From Eledone cirrhosa (taxonomy: Eukaryota), in NCBI GenBank assembly GCA_964016885.1, contig OZ024743.1, forward strand, positions 103,974,001 through 104,038,000: a DNA stretch of 64,000 nt, written 5' to 3'. The notes under the pieces were generated by a model. It had not been told where the DNA came from. It worked only from the letters and a program-made list of their open reading frames with translations, and made no database searches. Below, piece after piece: positions 1 to 52,660 of this stretch. The position numbers and the translations under genes are program-made. The first letter of the stretch is position 1; every line of letters starts with the position of its first letter.

Positions 1-805
1 ATTCCTTTCACCAACCATCTTACAGAGTATACTAAGTATTTAATTATGTCACTAACACTGATTCTTTGGACTAAATATCCTTATAGCTATGATTTTTTAA
101 AATCTATTTCCTGCAGGGTTTTCATTGTTTAATATATTTTTTTCTTTTCAATCAAAGATGGAATATATCAAAACAGAGAAATGATTTGAAAAAAAAACTG
201 TCAAACTAAATTATTTTAAAAATCTAATTTCATCTTAAGAATGATAATATTTAGTTTAAATCAGTTTAAATGAAATTTTTTAAATTAAAATTTTAAATGA
301 TAACTGTAATGGTCACACTATTTACCATAAGTAAAAGTACACCACAGAGGTATATAAGTAGAAGTATGAAACAGGTATTGAATGTAGCAAATACAGTAAC
401 AAACAGAGTACTTATATTATAGATATAATTCATTTTTAATATATTTTATAACTGCCAAAGAAGTGCTTGGAGTAGGGGAAAAACTGACTGTGTAGGCAAT
501 TATTTCAAAACCTAAGACCCTCAATGTGCATATAGGTTAGGCAATAAGTGATAACTGTGAACCTGGAAGGTCAGAATACCCTGAAATATACCCCAATGAA
601 GATAATGAAACACGCTCCAATAAGAAAGTATTAGCCAGTTGAACAATCAAAAAGCATCAATCAAAGAAGGGAACAAACCGGAATGTTGCAGTTGAAAGAC
701 AAATGTGATAAATGGATAAAGCAAAACAGTGATTAGATCTGCATCATCTACAGCTGCTGGAAACACAGCAGTGCATGCTGAACAAACAGAAATGTCTGTT
801 GTCAC

Positions 806-39663
<38,858 letters not shown>

Positions 39664-41099
39664 CTGAAATAAAAGAAAATAACTAATTATACACGTCTTT
39701 TTTTTTTGTTATATATAAAAATAAAAAATAAATTAAAAAAAGATCAATCAATGCATGTATAAAGGTAAGACTTCTAGTGAAGAAGTATATAGAATTGTTT
39801 TTATCTCAGTACACATGACTGCTATATATTTTATTGATCTTGCAAGAATGAAGAGTAAAGTTTATTTCAGAGGGATTTGAACTCAGAACAGTCAAGGATA
39901 TAATTAAAAACACACAGGGTATGTATCCTGGCTTCTTGAATAGATGCCTGTCATAGGCTAGTGAAAGGGTTGGCTTCAGACAGTGCATTCAGCATGAAAC
40001 AGTTTTTTTTATGAGGAATAATATCTTCATTTTTTTAAAATACACACAAAAAAAAAAAAAAAAAAACCATCAGAAGTTTTAACATGAATTATGATATAAT
40101 ATTCTTACGACATTATTTGCTGAAATCAAAACACATTTGAAATGTAAGGTATCTGTGTAAACATTTCCTCCTCTTTACTCATTATAAACTTTTGACTGGT
40201 TATAATGTTTACAGATGGGTCTTAGAATGAAGACTGAAATGGAACTGTGTGGGGTAACAGAAATACCCCAAGAGAGTTTGAAAATATGTTGTTTTAAACT
40301 ACATAGAAACATTTTATCTTATCCGGGGGGAAATGATTATGAAGATTGGTTCAGGTAGAACCACCAAGGTATGGTAATTAGATTATCACAGCCACAAACA
40401 GAGTTTTACAGGTTTACATTAACCTTAGAATACATATAGTGGATTAGTCTCACTTTAGAGCCTACAAAGTTTGGTAAGATCCACATAGTACTGCTCCTAT
40501 GTATATACACAAAAGAATTTCTGAGATCACATCTCAATAAAATACAAAGGCAACCCACAAACTGGGACATAAAATGATTTTCACAAAAATAAAGTTTGTA
40601 ATTCTCCAAAATAAACAGACATTCGTTCACACCATCAACATTATAATCATCATTTTATGTGTTTTTCCAGGATGACATGGGTTGGATGGGTTGTTACAGA
40701 GTAAGTACTTTATTGGGGGCTACTTCCTGCTCTATTAGATTGGATGTTCACTTTTCACTCAAATATGTTCCATTTTGGCATAATTGCTATGGGTTGAATA
40801 TTCGTCCTTATGTCATCTCGTGTGTGTGTGTGTATCAATAAGTCTCGTGAGTATGTAAAAAATATTTAAAGGTTGAAAATGCCTGTGATTTGCACAGAAA
40901 TTTTTAATGCTTAATTTTTAACTTTTAATTTTCACATACACAGGTCTGTGCAATGCTTGTGGTAGGCTCAAATCAGATGTTAAATGTAGTCCCGTCCCCC
41001 ATCTCAAAATGGTTGGTAAGTATCTTAGAAAGCAGTGCTAAATGTATGATTTATGTATAGGTTATAAATATATACATGTACATAAAGAACTTGGGATGT

Positions 41100-41420
41100 G
41101 TAGGCCTCCACAAAATCGTGCCCTTCACCCACCCATACAAACTGCCCATTCCACCCACGACTCCTCCTTGTATGTGGCTACAACAATGGTCTATTATTCT
41201 AAATTAGTTCACTTCATAGTCCCTTCCAGTCATACCCTCACCATTTCTCCTCTTCTCACGTCTATTATGTACCCCCTACTCCTTCCTTGCGTTAAACATT
41301 TTCCCCAATACTTCTTCCTCAGAATATCAACTCACTGGCATTCCCACCCTGCCCTCATGTCTTTCTTACAAACATTGACTCATAGATGTTACAAAAATGA
41401 TTATCAACCATATCAGTCAC
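41100..41420 (+). mobile_element. Highly degenerate CR1/Jockey-like LINE 3' fragment
   Basis: FFLRISTHWHSHP resembles the FFPRT..LWNSLP terminus; C-rich strand bias. Confidence 0.45.
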
Positions 41421-44400
41421 CCCACTCTGGGAGTAACTGTAAAGGTCATAGGCCCCACTCCTTCCTTCTGACTAAATATACTAAAAGTACAAAGTCCACC
41501 CTGTATGCTGATCCAATGCCATAACAACAAAAGCACCCAGTCCATCCTGTAAGGCAGTCAGTTGGTGACAAGAAGAAAATCACCCAGTCCATACTGTAAG
41601 GTGGTTGTGCTAGTGACAACAAAAGCACCCAGTCCATCTTGTAACATGTTCGTGTTAGTGACATGACAAAAAGTGCCCAGTCCACACTAACGTGGAAGGG
41701 CATCTAGCCATAGAAACCAAGTCAAAATACAGTTCCGAAAAAAAAAAACCACCCTTAGATTAATGAGACAACACTGTTTGTTTTAAAGTGTTTGTATTTA
41801 TAAGAAAGAAAAAAAAAATTGACACTATAATTTTATGAAAGACCTTAAGTTATCTCCAAACGCTAAAATTATTTAAAAATCATAGACAGTGTCTTTCATT
41901 AGAAATATGGTAGTGAAAGAATTAATATCAATCAGGAAAAGTGTATTATAAAACTTACATTTGTATAAGTTCACACTGGGACACACAACTAAATTATTAT
42001 TTTAATATGTAGTTAACTTCTTGTGCAGTTCTAAATCTAATTTTGTGCAGTAAGTTTACATTTTGTGTCAAATATTATGTGATTATATAGTAAATGATAG
42101 TTAAAAGACTTAAAACACTCCTAAACTGCTTTTCTTACAACACTCATTACAAATGCTTCTCAGAGAATATCAAACACTGGGTCACTGCAAAGATTTGTGC
42201 TCTTCTAAAACTTCCTTAAAATAAACCCTGATAAAGAACTTACTGTTTGTGGTAGACACGAGTCCAGATTTATATATTTATCTGATATAATCTGACACAG
42301 ACTCACAAGTTAAAGAATATTGCATAACCGAAAATATGACCTACATATATACACACATGTTTGAGTGTGTTTGTATGTATATAAATATGGACCTGTAACT
42401 CCTGGTAGAATTGTAGGGGCTCTGGGGTGACACAGATTTTTCTTTTTAAACTTGGCAGAGCACATCACCTCTGCATATCTGAATATGGCTAATTTTTTTA
42501 CAGAGTAAGGAAAGAGAGTGATAGAGAAGAAGTGAGAAAGAGATATAAAGGAAGAATCAACTCCTCCAATACTGGACGGGTATGTTTTTCTATCAAACCC
42601 AGAAGAATGAAAGGAAAAGTTGACTTCAGCAGGATTTAAACTCACAGTGCAGAGAACCAGAACGAATGCAGCAAAACATTCTATCTGCCAGTCTAACTGT
42701 AAATTTGCTGCCTGTACACATTCATGCACACACACACACGTGTATGTATGTGTATGCATAAGCACTCAAAGATATATATTTACATCCACACCATTATGTC
42801 TATTTAACTTTTGTTGAAGAGAAAGGTAAGTGAGTGAGTGAGTGAGTGTGCATGCTTGTGGGCTATACTTGTACACACGTGCATGAGTGCAGATAGTGTT
42901 ATGTAAGCAACTGCATAATATTAAATACACACACACACTTATTTTTCCTTGCCAGCCCATCCCCAACTAGTTCAGTGTTTTTAATAAAGAGGTCACTCAC
43001 TATCCAACCAGGCTTTCAGACTAATCCTGCTCAACTGTTAGGCTGGATGGAAATAATAGATTATTCAGGTCACCACTACAAGACAAGCAACTTGTTTCTC
43101 TTTCTCTATTATCTTTCCCTCTCTCTATCTATCTTTGCCTCTTCTTCCCAATATAACAATCAAACTAAAAATACTTGAGAATGTTCTAGAAATGCTATAA
43201 AAAGATAGCAGCGAATAAGAAAGGAGATAAAATATCTGTATAAAACAAATAATCTCAGGTGAGAAATTTACCCTATTGAAATCAAACCACCTGAAACTGC
43301 TCGTGGTTCTATAATACAAAGTTGCTTATTTTAAAGTGCTTATATCTATCTATAAACATTCCATCAACATTTTATGTAAAAAGCTGTTATGTTCTAAACA
43401 AGTTTTACCCTTTTGATACCAAACCACCTAAAACTGTCACTGGTACTATGATACAAAGCAACATATTTCAAAGTGTTTATATTTATCTAAAAACCCATCT
43501 CCCAACAATTTTGGTAAAATAAATTGCTCCTAAAACCAGCTTAATGAAAATCACTCAAAATTCTCAAATTTGCGTTTCAGCCTTTTGAGGTCGATAAAAA
43601 AGTATCAGTCCAGTACTAGGGTCAATTCTTCCTGTATATCTCTTACTCTCTCTCTCTCTAAAAGAAATCAGCTGCAGTTCAGCAGGAGTTACAGGTCCAT
43701 GGATGTTATGGATACCTGAGGCTATATTATCCAATACATCCGTACCTTTATAAATGATGGTGGTATGTGATATGAGCAAGATTTCACTGCTATTTCTAAC
43801 AAGTCAACCTAACCAGAGTCATCTTCCTTGGCTTATTGATATCTTATTTGTCATACTATAATGGGTTTGATAGTTTTGCAAAACAACAATCTTTCATACA
43901 TCTTACAAAGTAATGTTACTTATATAGCCTGTGCAGCATTTGCAACTGTTCCTAACTACATGGTTTAGTTTGAACTGTTTAAGAGTGAATGCTCTTCCTG
44001 GCATCAATGACGGTTATAGTGCAAGACAAGTGAGCTTTTCATGACAACAGCATGGTAGGAGTTCTCTTACAAGGCTTGGAACTTTTTATACCCAATATCT
44101 ATACAAAAGGTGGTGAACTGGCAGAGTTGTTAAAATGCTGGGTAAAAATATGTGGCATTCATACTGGCTCCCTTAGGAGTTATGAGTCCATACATTACAT
44201 ACATCGATACAAACAATAATGTGGTTGGGTGGGTGGGAGAATACAATTTGATGTATAAACTGAGGAATATCAGATCCTGCAAGTTATCTATTTATTATGA
44301 AAGTCAAGAAAATTAGAGCAGAAGTTCAAAGGTTACATTTGAGAACTTCAGTTGCAAACAAACTATTTGTAAAATAACAAAAAAAGATAATGCAGAGAGA

Positions 44401-45342
44401 GAAGGAAGAATGGAAAGGAGGAGGGAGGAGATAGAGGGGACAGTGGAGAAGACTGCTGACAAAAGCAATGAGTAAATATAATATATTTACATGGAGAGTC
44501 TCTGCACAATATTGCCAAACCATTCTTAGGACACAAACAAAAGAAATACAATGCAAGACTAAAAGAAATCTTAACATACCACCACCCACTGCTATTTCTC
44601 TATGTCCAGGCCCACAACACACGATCTCTCAATAAATGAAATAGGAAACTTTGTACAGTCATGAAAATAAAGAGATTAGAAAGGTAAAACCCAGGTACAA
44701 TTCTAATGTAAACTCTAGATATATTTGTTTTCTTTCAGCTTGTTTTACATAAAAATCCATTTGTAAACACTGTATTCCATTATTGGCAGAGTTGTTAAAG
44801 CATTGAAGAAAATGTTTTGTAACATTTGCTCCGGCTCTGAGTTCAACTGTGCTTTTTATATTTCAGAGCTCGATAAAAGTAAAGTACTGAAGTCGATATA
44901 CTTGACTTTCCTCTCCCCATAAATCGCAAAGAAGTGTTTTTTAATGTTTTATAACATATCTTGTGTTAATTACTGTTTTATAATAATTTTATATTTATTT
45001 CATGTTTTATCAAATTGATCTATCTTTTGTATAATGTCCTTGCTCCTACCCTCGATTTTATATAACTTTGTCTATCCAACCCTGCATCATATTGATAATC
45101 AAAGGCTTTACTCTAATAATGCCAATTTTCACAGCAATCTGTACACTAGTAAAAATATTATAAACATTTGAATTGACAAATAACAAAGCCACATTAGCCA
45201 GACATTCTTGAAAAGTATAAAACAACATTATGACAACACCTTAAAACTTGAAGTTTAATACTGCAAATGTTTACAATATGTCTACTAGTAAAGAAAGATA
45301 CTATAAACATTTGAATTAACAAGTCATTTTTTTATATATATA

Positions 45343-45990
45343 TAATATACGTGAACGACAAAGCAAACAGTAATATACGTGAACGACAAAGCATAAATGA
45401 ATTGAGAGAGAGACTGAGCATAAGAGGAATCAAATGCTGCGTGCAGGAGAGGCGGTTACGCTGGTATGGACATGTGATGCGTATGAAGGATGACAGCTGC
45501 ATAAAAAGGTGCAGAGCACTAGAAGTTGATGGAAACCGCGGAGTGGGGAGACCCAAGATGACTTGGGATGAGGTGATAAAAGCCGACCTTACCCAACTAC
45601 ACCTCTCAAAGTCAATGACACACGACCGTGACTTCTGGCGTCACGCAGTAATACAGGGTACCCGACCTCCCATGGGTACATGCTGAAGCATATAAACAAT
45701 ATGCCCCCCCCCCCCCCACCGCAAGGTGGTCGTGGAGGTGCCACGGCAAAAAAGCACCCAGCCCACACTGTAAAGTGGACGTGTAGGCGCCACGAAAAAG
45801 CACCCAGCACTCACTGTAAATGAGGTTGGTGTTAGGAAGGGCATCCAGCTGTAGAAATCAAGCCAGATCAGTTCCTGTATGAGCAAGGCATGGTCAGCCG
45901 ACCAGACACTGCCCACAACAGGACAACCCGTCTAACCCATGCTAGCGTGGAAGAACGGACGTAAAACGGTGATGATGATGATGATGATGA
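45343..45990 (+). mobile_element. 3' fragment of the same RTE-type LINE
   Basis: ORF 45351..45686 contains ERRLRWYGHVMRM...GRPKMTWDEVIKADL; 3'UTR and (GAT)n tail match the reverse complement of 16328-16960. Confidence 0.93.
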
Positions 45991-46451
45991 TATATATATT
46001 TTCTACTATATCATTACAGAATGTCAAGATTTAATCATTTGGAATTGGCAAAAAGAGTAGATAATTTGAACAGATCTAATACAGGCATGCTTCCTGCTTT
46101 ATACACTAATGTGCAATGATAATGATGTTGTGGCTAACATGTCTAAATTGGCCTCAGTATGTGACTGGTGCTTTATTTTACTGACCCCAGAAGAATGAAA
46201 GGCAAAGTTGACCTAGATGGGGATCTGAATTCAGAAAGTGAAGAGCTAGAATAAATACTACTAAGCAGTTATCCAACACTCTAATGACTGCCATCCCACT
46301 GCCTAGTAATAATATTAAAAATAATAATAGTAATAATAATACCATTACCCCACACAGCTTTCCCTTAAACAAGCAATAATTTATCATATTTTTCCGGTTG
46401 ATAGCAGTCATCCAATGTTTATCACACATCAAACCAAAAGCTATTGCAATC

Positions 46452-48210
46452 TTAGAATTTACAAAAACAAAATACAACAGACCCCACCCTACACAATAAA
46501 AATACAGTAAAATAATACAAAACAAAATTAGAAGTATTCAAAGACAGAAAGCTGTAACAGTAGCAACAGAAATTATCTGATTTGTTTGTTTATACATGTC
46601 CATATTTGTAGGTGGTAGTGTTCTGGTCTTTTAATCATTGTTTCTGGGAATATTTTTCTACTGAGTGGTCAATTGTTTAGTAATTTACTTGTTAGATGGA
46701 CAGATGGTCAGCTCAGTATACATCATCATCATGATTTTGGGTCCGACTTCCATGCTGGCATGGATTGGGAAGATTGCTAGGGTTTGAAAACAGAGGAGTC
46801 AGAGCAACCTCGTCTTGTTCATATATTTCATATTTGGTATAGTTTCTACAGCGACATACCCTTCCTAATGTCAACTACCTTACAAGGTGTGTAGAATGCA
46901 TTTTATCATTGCATTAACGCTACTACTTTATAGAATGTACAGGCTACATTTTTCATTACCACATTATAGAATATACTGTGTACATTATATAGAGGCAACA
47001 AACAGCATTACCGCTTAACAGAGTGTATTGGGTGCATTTTATCAAGAAAACAGCATTAGAGATGTTGCCACTATTTATAGAGACTGAATAGTCTTATCAA
47101 ACCCTACATAGTCTCTGTTTAATCAGCAACAAAGTAGCCTTCTCTACAGTTTCTATTTCCTTAATTCCAGTCACAAAATTTAATCAACCCAAGCTATAGT
47201 TTGGGTCGAGTAAAGGTCTTGGACAGGTCTTCTTGAGACACCAAATGGTTGCAGAATAAAGTTATTAAACATTAAATCATGTGGTTGTAAAACATTGCCT
47301 TAAGAAGACCTGTCCAACTAATGCTGGCATAGAAAAGTCAATGTAAAAATGACGATGGTGATGACTACTGTGATGTAATTGTTTCAGTTTCAAGACACAG
47401 GATCAAGTTGATCTCATGCCAAACAAGTACAAAATCTAACATTTGTTTTTTTAATTTAATTAGATGAGAGTCTTGTTAGGACATGCTGACATCAACTAGA
47501 TTCTTGTTTTTAAAGTCTCTATTGCCACAATTGCAACACCAGTTGAAATGGAAACAGCAGCCACAGTAGTTGCAATAACAGCAGCAAAAATAGTTATAAA
47601 ATTAGCCACATTAAATATTGATGGACACCATGTAACCAAATGGTTAAGAAGTATGCTGCGCAATCATAAGGTTCAGGGTTCATTCAATCCTACTGCATAA
47701 CATCTTAACCTTAGATCGATCCAAGCCTAATGAGGAAAACTTGATAGACACAAACTGTTTGGGAGCTCATTAGATGGAGTACACCAGTAATTCAAAGGAA
47801 GAGGCAATCTTGTCACACACTGCGATATGCTGAATCTCTTTCAGAATTATATTATGGGTTCACATATGTGTCTATGGCAAACTCAGCCACTTACACATTA
47901 ATTTAACAAGTAGGCTATTCCATCGATTAATTAAAAAAACTCATTGTTGAAACCACTGGAGATTTATTTAGAATGATGCATACTGAGCTGACCATCTGTC
48001 CATCTAACAGTGAAGTAAATTACCAAACAATTGACCATTCAAATGAAAAAATGTTCACAAAAACAAATATGGACATGCATAAACAAACAACTCAGACAAT
48101 TTCCGTTGCTATTGTTACAGTCTTTCTTTAAATATTTATTATTTTGTTGTTTTAATGTATTTTTGTAGAGTGAAGTGGGGCTGCTTTATTTTGTGTTTGT
48201 AAATTCTAAA
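46452..48210. repeat. Long inverted repeat: arms about 46452-46726 and about 47973-48210
   Basis: For example gttagatggacagatggtcagctcagtat vs atactgagctgaccatctgtccatctaac, and ttgtttgtttatacatgtccatatttgt vs acaaatatggacatgcataaacaaacaa. Confidence 0.9.
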
Positions 48211-48455
48211 AAGTAAAATAAAAAACTGTTAATTATAGAAAAGAGTGAGTGAAGAAACAAAAGAGGGGATAGAGAGAATGGGTTATAGAGAAGGGAAAGG
48301 ATGGGAGCGAAAGGAAGGAAATATATATATATAGATATATATATATATATATATACACACCCCAACCAACTACTCCTACTCCATCCTCCCACTCCCACCA
48401 ACACCACCCTTTCTCTGTAAAGTTGGTACCACAACATCCAGTCCAAATTAATGAG

Positions 48456-48643
48456 ATAATTGTTTCTACGTTAGGCACAAGGCCAGCAATTATCCAGTGC
48501 ATTACTGGTACTTTATTTTATCGACCCCGTAAGGATGAAAGGCAAAGTTAACGTTGGCGGGATTTGAACTCAGAATGGCAAGGGCCGTAACTCTATACGT
48601 CAAAGCATGGCGTCCGACCCTCTACCAATACTGCCAATCCACT
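48456..48643 (-). mobile_element. SINE family 1
   Basis: Nearly identical to 24258-24450. Confidence 0.88.
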
Positions 48644-49017
48644 GAGATCGAGATCGTGTAGGTGTCACGACAAAAAAACACATAGTCCACACTGTAAATG
48701 TGGATGGTGTTAGGAAGGGCTTCCAGCTGTAGAAAACCAGCCAGATACCCTATATGAGCAAGATACAGTCACCCGACCAATCTTGCCTCTAATTGGGACA
48801 ACTCCCCTCTAACCCATGCTCGTGTGGAAGATAGACATTAAACGATGATGATGATGATGACACACATATACATATACAGTAATACAGAAGACCCACCTTC
48901 CCCTGTGCATGGGTTGAAGCATGCAACTAGTATGCACCTTCACCTCCAACATTCTTACACCCCACTCCTCATTCACATCACTAGATCCACCTCCCCCCAT
49001 CCAAGTCCCCAGTTCAC

Positions 49018-49216
49018 ACTGTAAAGTAGTTGTGTAGATGTCACGACAGAAAGCGCCCCGTCCAACTGTAAAGTGGTCATGTAGATGTCATGACAAAAAG
49101 CGCCTTGTCCAACTGTAAAGTGGTCGTGTAGATGTCATGACAAAAAGCGTCCAGCATACACTGTAAAGTAATTGTGTTGGTGACATGACAAAAAGTGCCT
49201 AGTCAACACTGTAAAG
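49018..49216. repeat. Minisatellite, 4+ units of about 47 bp within a LINE-tail element
   Basis: Unit approximately actgtaaagtggtcgtgtagatgtcatgacaaaaagcgccccgtcca. Confidence 0.88.
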
Positions 49217-49382
49217 GTGGAAGGGTATCCAGTTGTAGAAACCATGCCAAAATCCGTTCTGTGTGAGCAAGACATGGTCACATGATTTGATTTGTCTCAA
49301 CAGGGCAACTCGTATAACCCAAGCTAGTGTGGAAAAATGGACGTTAAAAGATGATGGTGATGATTATATATATATATATATA

Positions 49383-50419
49383 CTAGCAGAGGTACCCGGC
49401 GTTGCTCGGGCATTAAATAGCAGTTGTGTATACCATTTATGTCAATACTTCAGTGCTGCTTTGAAAACTATACTTTTACAAAATCATCAGCTTTTTCCAA
49501 AAGGGGGTTCCTGCCCCCAGGGGTCCCCTACTCAATATGTGCCAATTCTGAGAGTTCACATTCATCTGTAGGACAAACGTAGCCCATGTGTCAAGTTTTG
49601 TGAAAATTGGTTGCGAACTCCAGAAGTTATGACCTTTTGTTGCATTGCACTGCAGTGCTTCAGTCGACTCCAAGAAAGTGGTTAAAGGGAGGCCCTATAA
49701 TCAATATCTGGAAAAATAAAAGTGCCCATGACCATCCGGAGTACGTAAGTAACCTATGTCTTAAGTTTGGTGAAAATACTGTAGAAATGTATAAGGTTTA
49801 TACATGCGCGTGTGCGTGTGTTTGTGGGTGTGTATGTATTTGTGTGTGCGTATGTATGTATATGTCCGTTGGGGCATACGTATGTACTGGCCTAAATCTT
49901 CACTGTTTACTTTTACTATTTTAATAACCTCTGTCATTTTCGTTTTCAATTTTATTTACATCATTCTTAAACTCCGGGGCTGGAAATCATTCGGTTATTT
50001 TAAATAGAATATTAGTCTAACGACTCCATTTATACCACAAACTTGGTCTTGTCTTTGCATGAAATTTTTCTTCGGGGTCCACATAACGTATTATCCTCGC
50101 TTTTTTTCCATTCATTGCCAGGGAACGTCTTCACAAACCAAAATATCGTCTTCCTGTTTTCCTTCGGTTGCAACGTTTCTCGAAATATTTACTTCTGCGT
50201 TCACAGATTGCTCTCAGTTCAATTTGAATAGGAAATTCCTGTTTCATCGATTTTCTCCGAAACCATGGAAGCTTGTAGCTTGAAAGTCGACCCAACGCCT
50301 CCTCGGGTCATTCTGCATAACTGTGTAAATTTTCGCTGCATTCCACCAGGCCGTTTCGACGTTTATCTGACTACACCTACTTAAATATACGTCCGACCAC
50401 TTCCAATTTATATAGTAGA
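49383..50419 (-). mobile_element. Non-autonomous Helitron (about 1.04 kb)
   Basis: The minus strand reads A|TCTACTATATAAA...CCCGAGCAACGCCGGG(hairpin)TACCTCTG-CTAG|T: 5' TC, 3' CTAG, subterminal GC hairpin at 49395-49410, inserted between A and T with no TSD. Confidence 0.8.
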
Positions 50420-51394
50420 TATATATGTGTATATTTCCTATTATTGAATAAGAGCTGAAGGACAAAACAACATTGAATGAACAAGAAGATAAATTATATA
50501 AATATTACACACACATACATACATACACAAACACCATTAGAATTAGTCATCATGTATATTGACAATTATAAGTGAGGGAGGTGTTGATGTTAATCTTACA
50601 GAAGTCTAAAGTAGTAAGTAATCTTAAACCAATCTACTCTAGCTGGGCCCCCACCACCACACTAAGGTGCAGTAGTGTCAACAACCTAGTAAACAAACAA
50701 ATAGATGTGTGAAGAAGTGAGGTAATAGGAAGAGCAGAAAGTCTAAAAAGGACAACCCCATTCCCACCGTCCCTCTCACAATTCTACATGCTATTATATT
50801 TCTCAATGGTGGTAAAATTTGAACTTAGAATCTAAATCCCTTAAAGAGTTGCAAATATGTTTCTAAAACTCTGCCAACATTTTGCTTATGTTGTAGGGAT
50901 GTATGTAAGAATGGAACCGTAAGTCCTGGTGTAGTCAACTATGTGCTGTAATTTCTTATGGCATTTCTTTGGTACTTTGAGGTTGGTGAAACCCATCTTT
51001 CTTCAAGTTTGAAAACAGTCGATGAGAGAGCGAGAGAATCTACTCCAACACTGGACTGGTACATTTTAATTGACCTTGAAAGGAAGAAAGACAAAGTTGA
51101 CCTCAGTCCAACATTCTAACAACTATATCAGTTTGTCACTTTTTGATTATGTTAAAAAGAATTTTAAAAATTCAATTTTATAACAGGCCCAGTCAATTCA
51201 TACAAGAAGTATTTTATGGCCATTTTCTCTGCTAAAGCAGGGGTTTTACATGTTTATATTCTGTTTGTAAGAAGAAATATAACCATGAAAGAGTTAAATG
51301 ATTCAATTCACTGCAGTGCTAGACTGTATGCATTTCATATCAACTCTGGAGAGAGATGAAAAGAAAAGTCAATATTAGCAGGATAGTAATAAGA

Positions 51395-51572
51395 ATGGTT
51401 TCTGATTTAGACACAAGGCCAACAATTTGGGGGTGAGGGAAAGTAAATTAAATCAACCCCAGAGTGTTACTGGTACTTTATTTTATCAACCACGTAAGGA
51501 TGAAATGTAAAGCTAACCTTGGTGGGGTTTGAACTCAGACTGTAAAGACTATGCTGCAAAGCATGATGTCTA
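51395..51572 (-). mobile_element. SINE family 1 (older copy; others at about 15395-15520, 36340-36545, 55500-55660, 56017-56195 and 58888-59085)
   Basis: Core homology actggtactttattttat...aaggatgaaa. Confidence 0.75.
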
Positions 51573-52339
51573 ATAATAACAATATAATGATGATGATAAT
51601 GAATAGTGAGGCACTCAAACACAAAATTTATAGGAACAAAGTTTGTTTTATTCATTTTTGTTTTTTCTTATTTAAAATGTTTAACCAGTCAACCCCAAAA
51701 TATATAAGCTAGCATTAAATTAATAACAATTCAATAAAGTGTGCAATTTCAAATAACATGACAATATTGAATCATGGACACAAAGCACAAAAATGATGAA
51801 TGTATGGTGGAGGGTGTGATGTTATTGTTCTTGTTGATGGTGGTGGAGGTGGTAGTGGTGGTCATAGTGGATTAGCTATATTTACTCCTCTTATCAAAAT
51901 TCCTTTTCATAACAAAATAGTCTCTGGTATTTCTGGATTTCTGACAAATACAAAGACATTTTTTTGTATTTATTATGATGCTAATAAATGAGGTATTTCA
52001 TTGCTAAATGTTTCAGAGTGAAACAGACAGTTGAATGAGACAGGAGACTAAAAAGAAAACTTTTGAAATATTTCAATATGAATAGTTGTGACAGAAGTAA
52101 GAAGGGGGAAAAACAAAACTAAGCCTAATTAGACAGTCCACCAGTCTGTAACTTGATTGTTTGTTGTGGAAGCTACTACAGATCTACAAATTTGGTAATA
52201 GTGGTGGTTGTGATGTGTGTGTGTTTGGTGGAAAGATTTGAAATAGAGAGAATATGAAAGAGAAAAAGAAATCAAAGAATGAATGGAAGAAAAAGAAATA
52301 AAATGGTGTGTGAAGGAACAAGAGTGACAGAGAGAGAAA

Positions 52340-52660
52340 CGATCAGTTATAAAATACATATTTAGACACACAAACACAGCTATACCAATATTTTATAGAA
52401 TTGAGTGAAAGAAGGAGCAAGTTTTAAAATACATATTTAGATAAACACAAACACAGCCATACCAATATTTTATAGAACTGAGAGTGAGAGAAGGAGCAAG
52501 TTTTAAAATACATAATTAGATAAACACAATCTACCAATATTGTTGTAGTGCACCTGAGCAATGTACCCAAAATTTTATTATGTATAGAGCTGAGAGTGAG
52601 AGAAGGAAAGAGAATTAGATAGTCAAACAGAGCCTACCAATAGAATATAGAGTAGAGAGA
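52340..52660. repeat. Degenerate tandem repeat, about 80-bp unit, 3-4 copies
   Basis: aaaatacatatttaga.a.acacaaacacagc.ataccaatattttatagaa.tgagtga.agaaggagcaagtttt repeated. Confidence 0.8.

Noticed and set aside
40454-40496. AG...GTGAGA-bounded 43-nt segment with in-frame MWILPNFVGSK that could splice to the 49-nt exon
   Set aside because: No homology to protein 4.1 and no promoter evidence; such sites are expected by chance.
41959-41988. 30-nt segment between TAG and GTAAGT on the minus strand
   Set aside because: Contains a stop in the required phase-0 frame.
42310-42765. 151-aa minus-strand ORF
   Set aside because: Runs through a SINE and microsatellites; not protein-like.
51880-51940. 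Minus-strand RDYF motif considered as the missing FERM-N exon
   Set aside because: The flanking residues (KSRNTRDYFVMKRNFDK) do not resemble HLNLLEKDYF, and there is no suitable donor.
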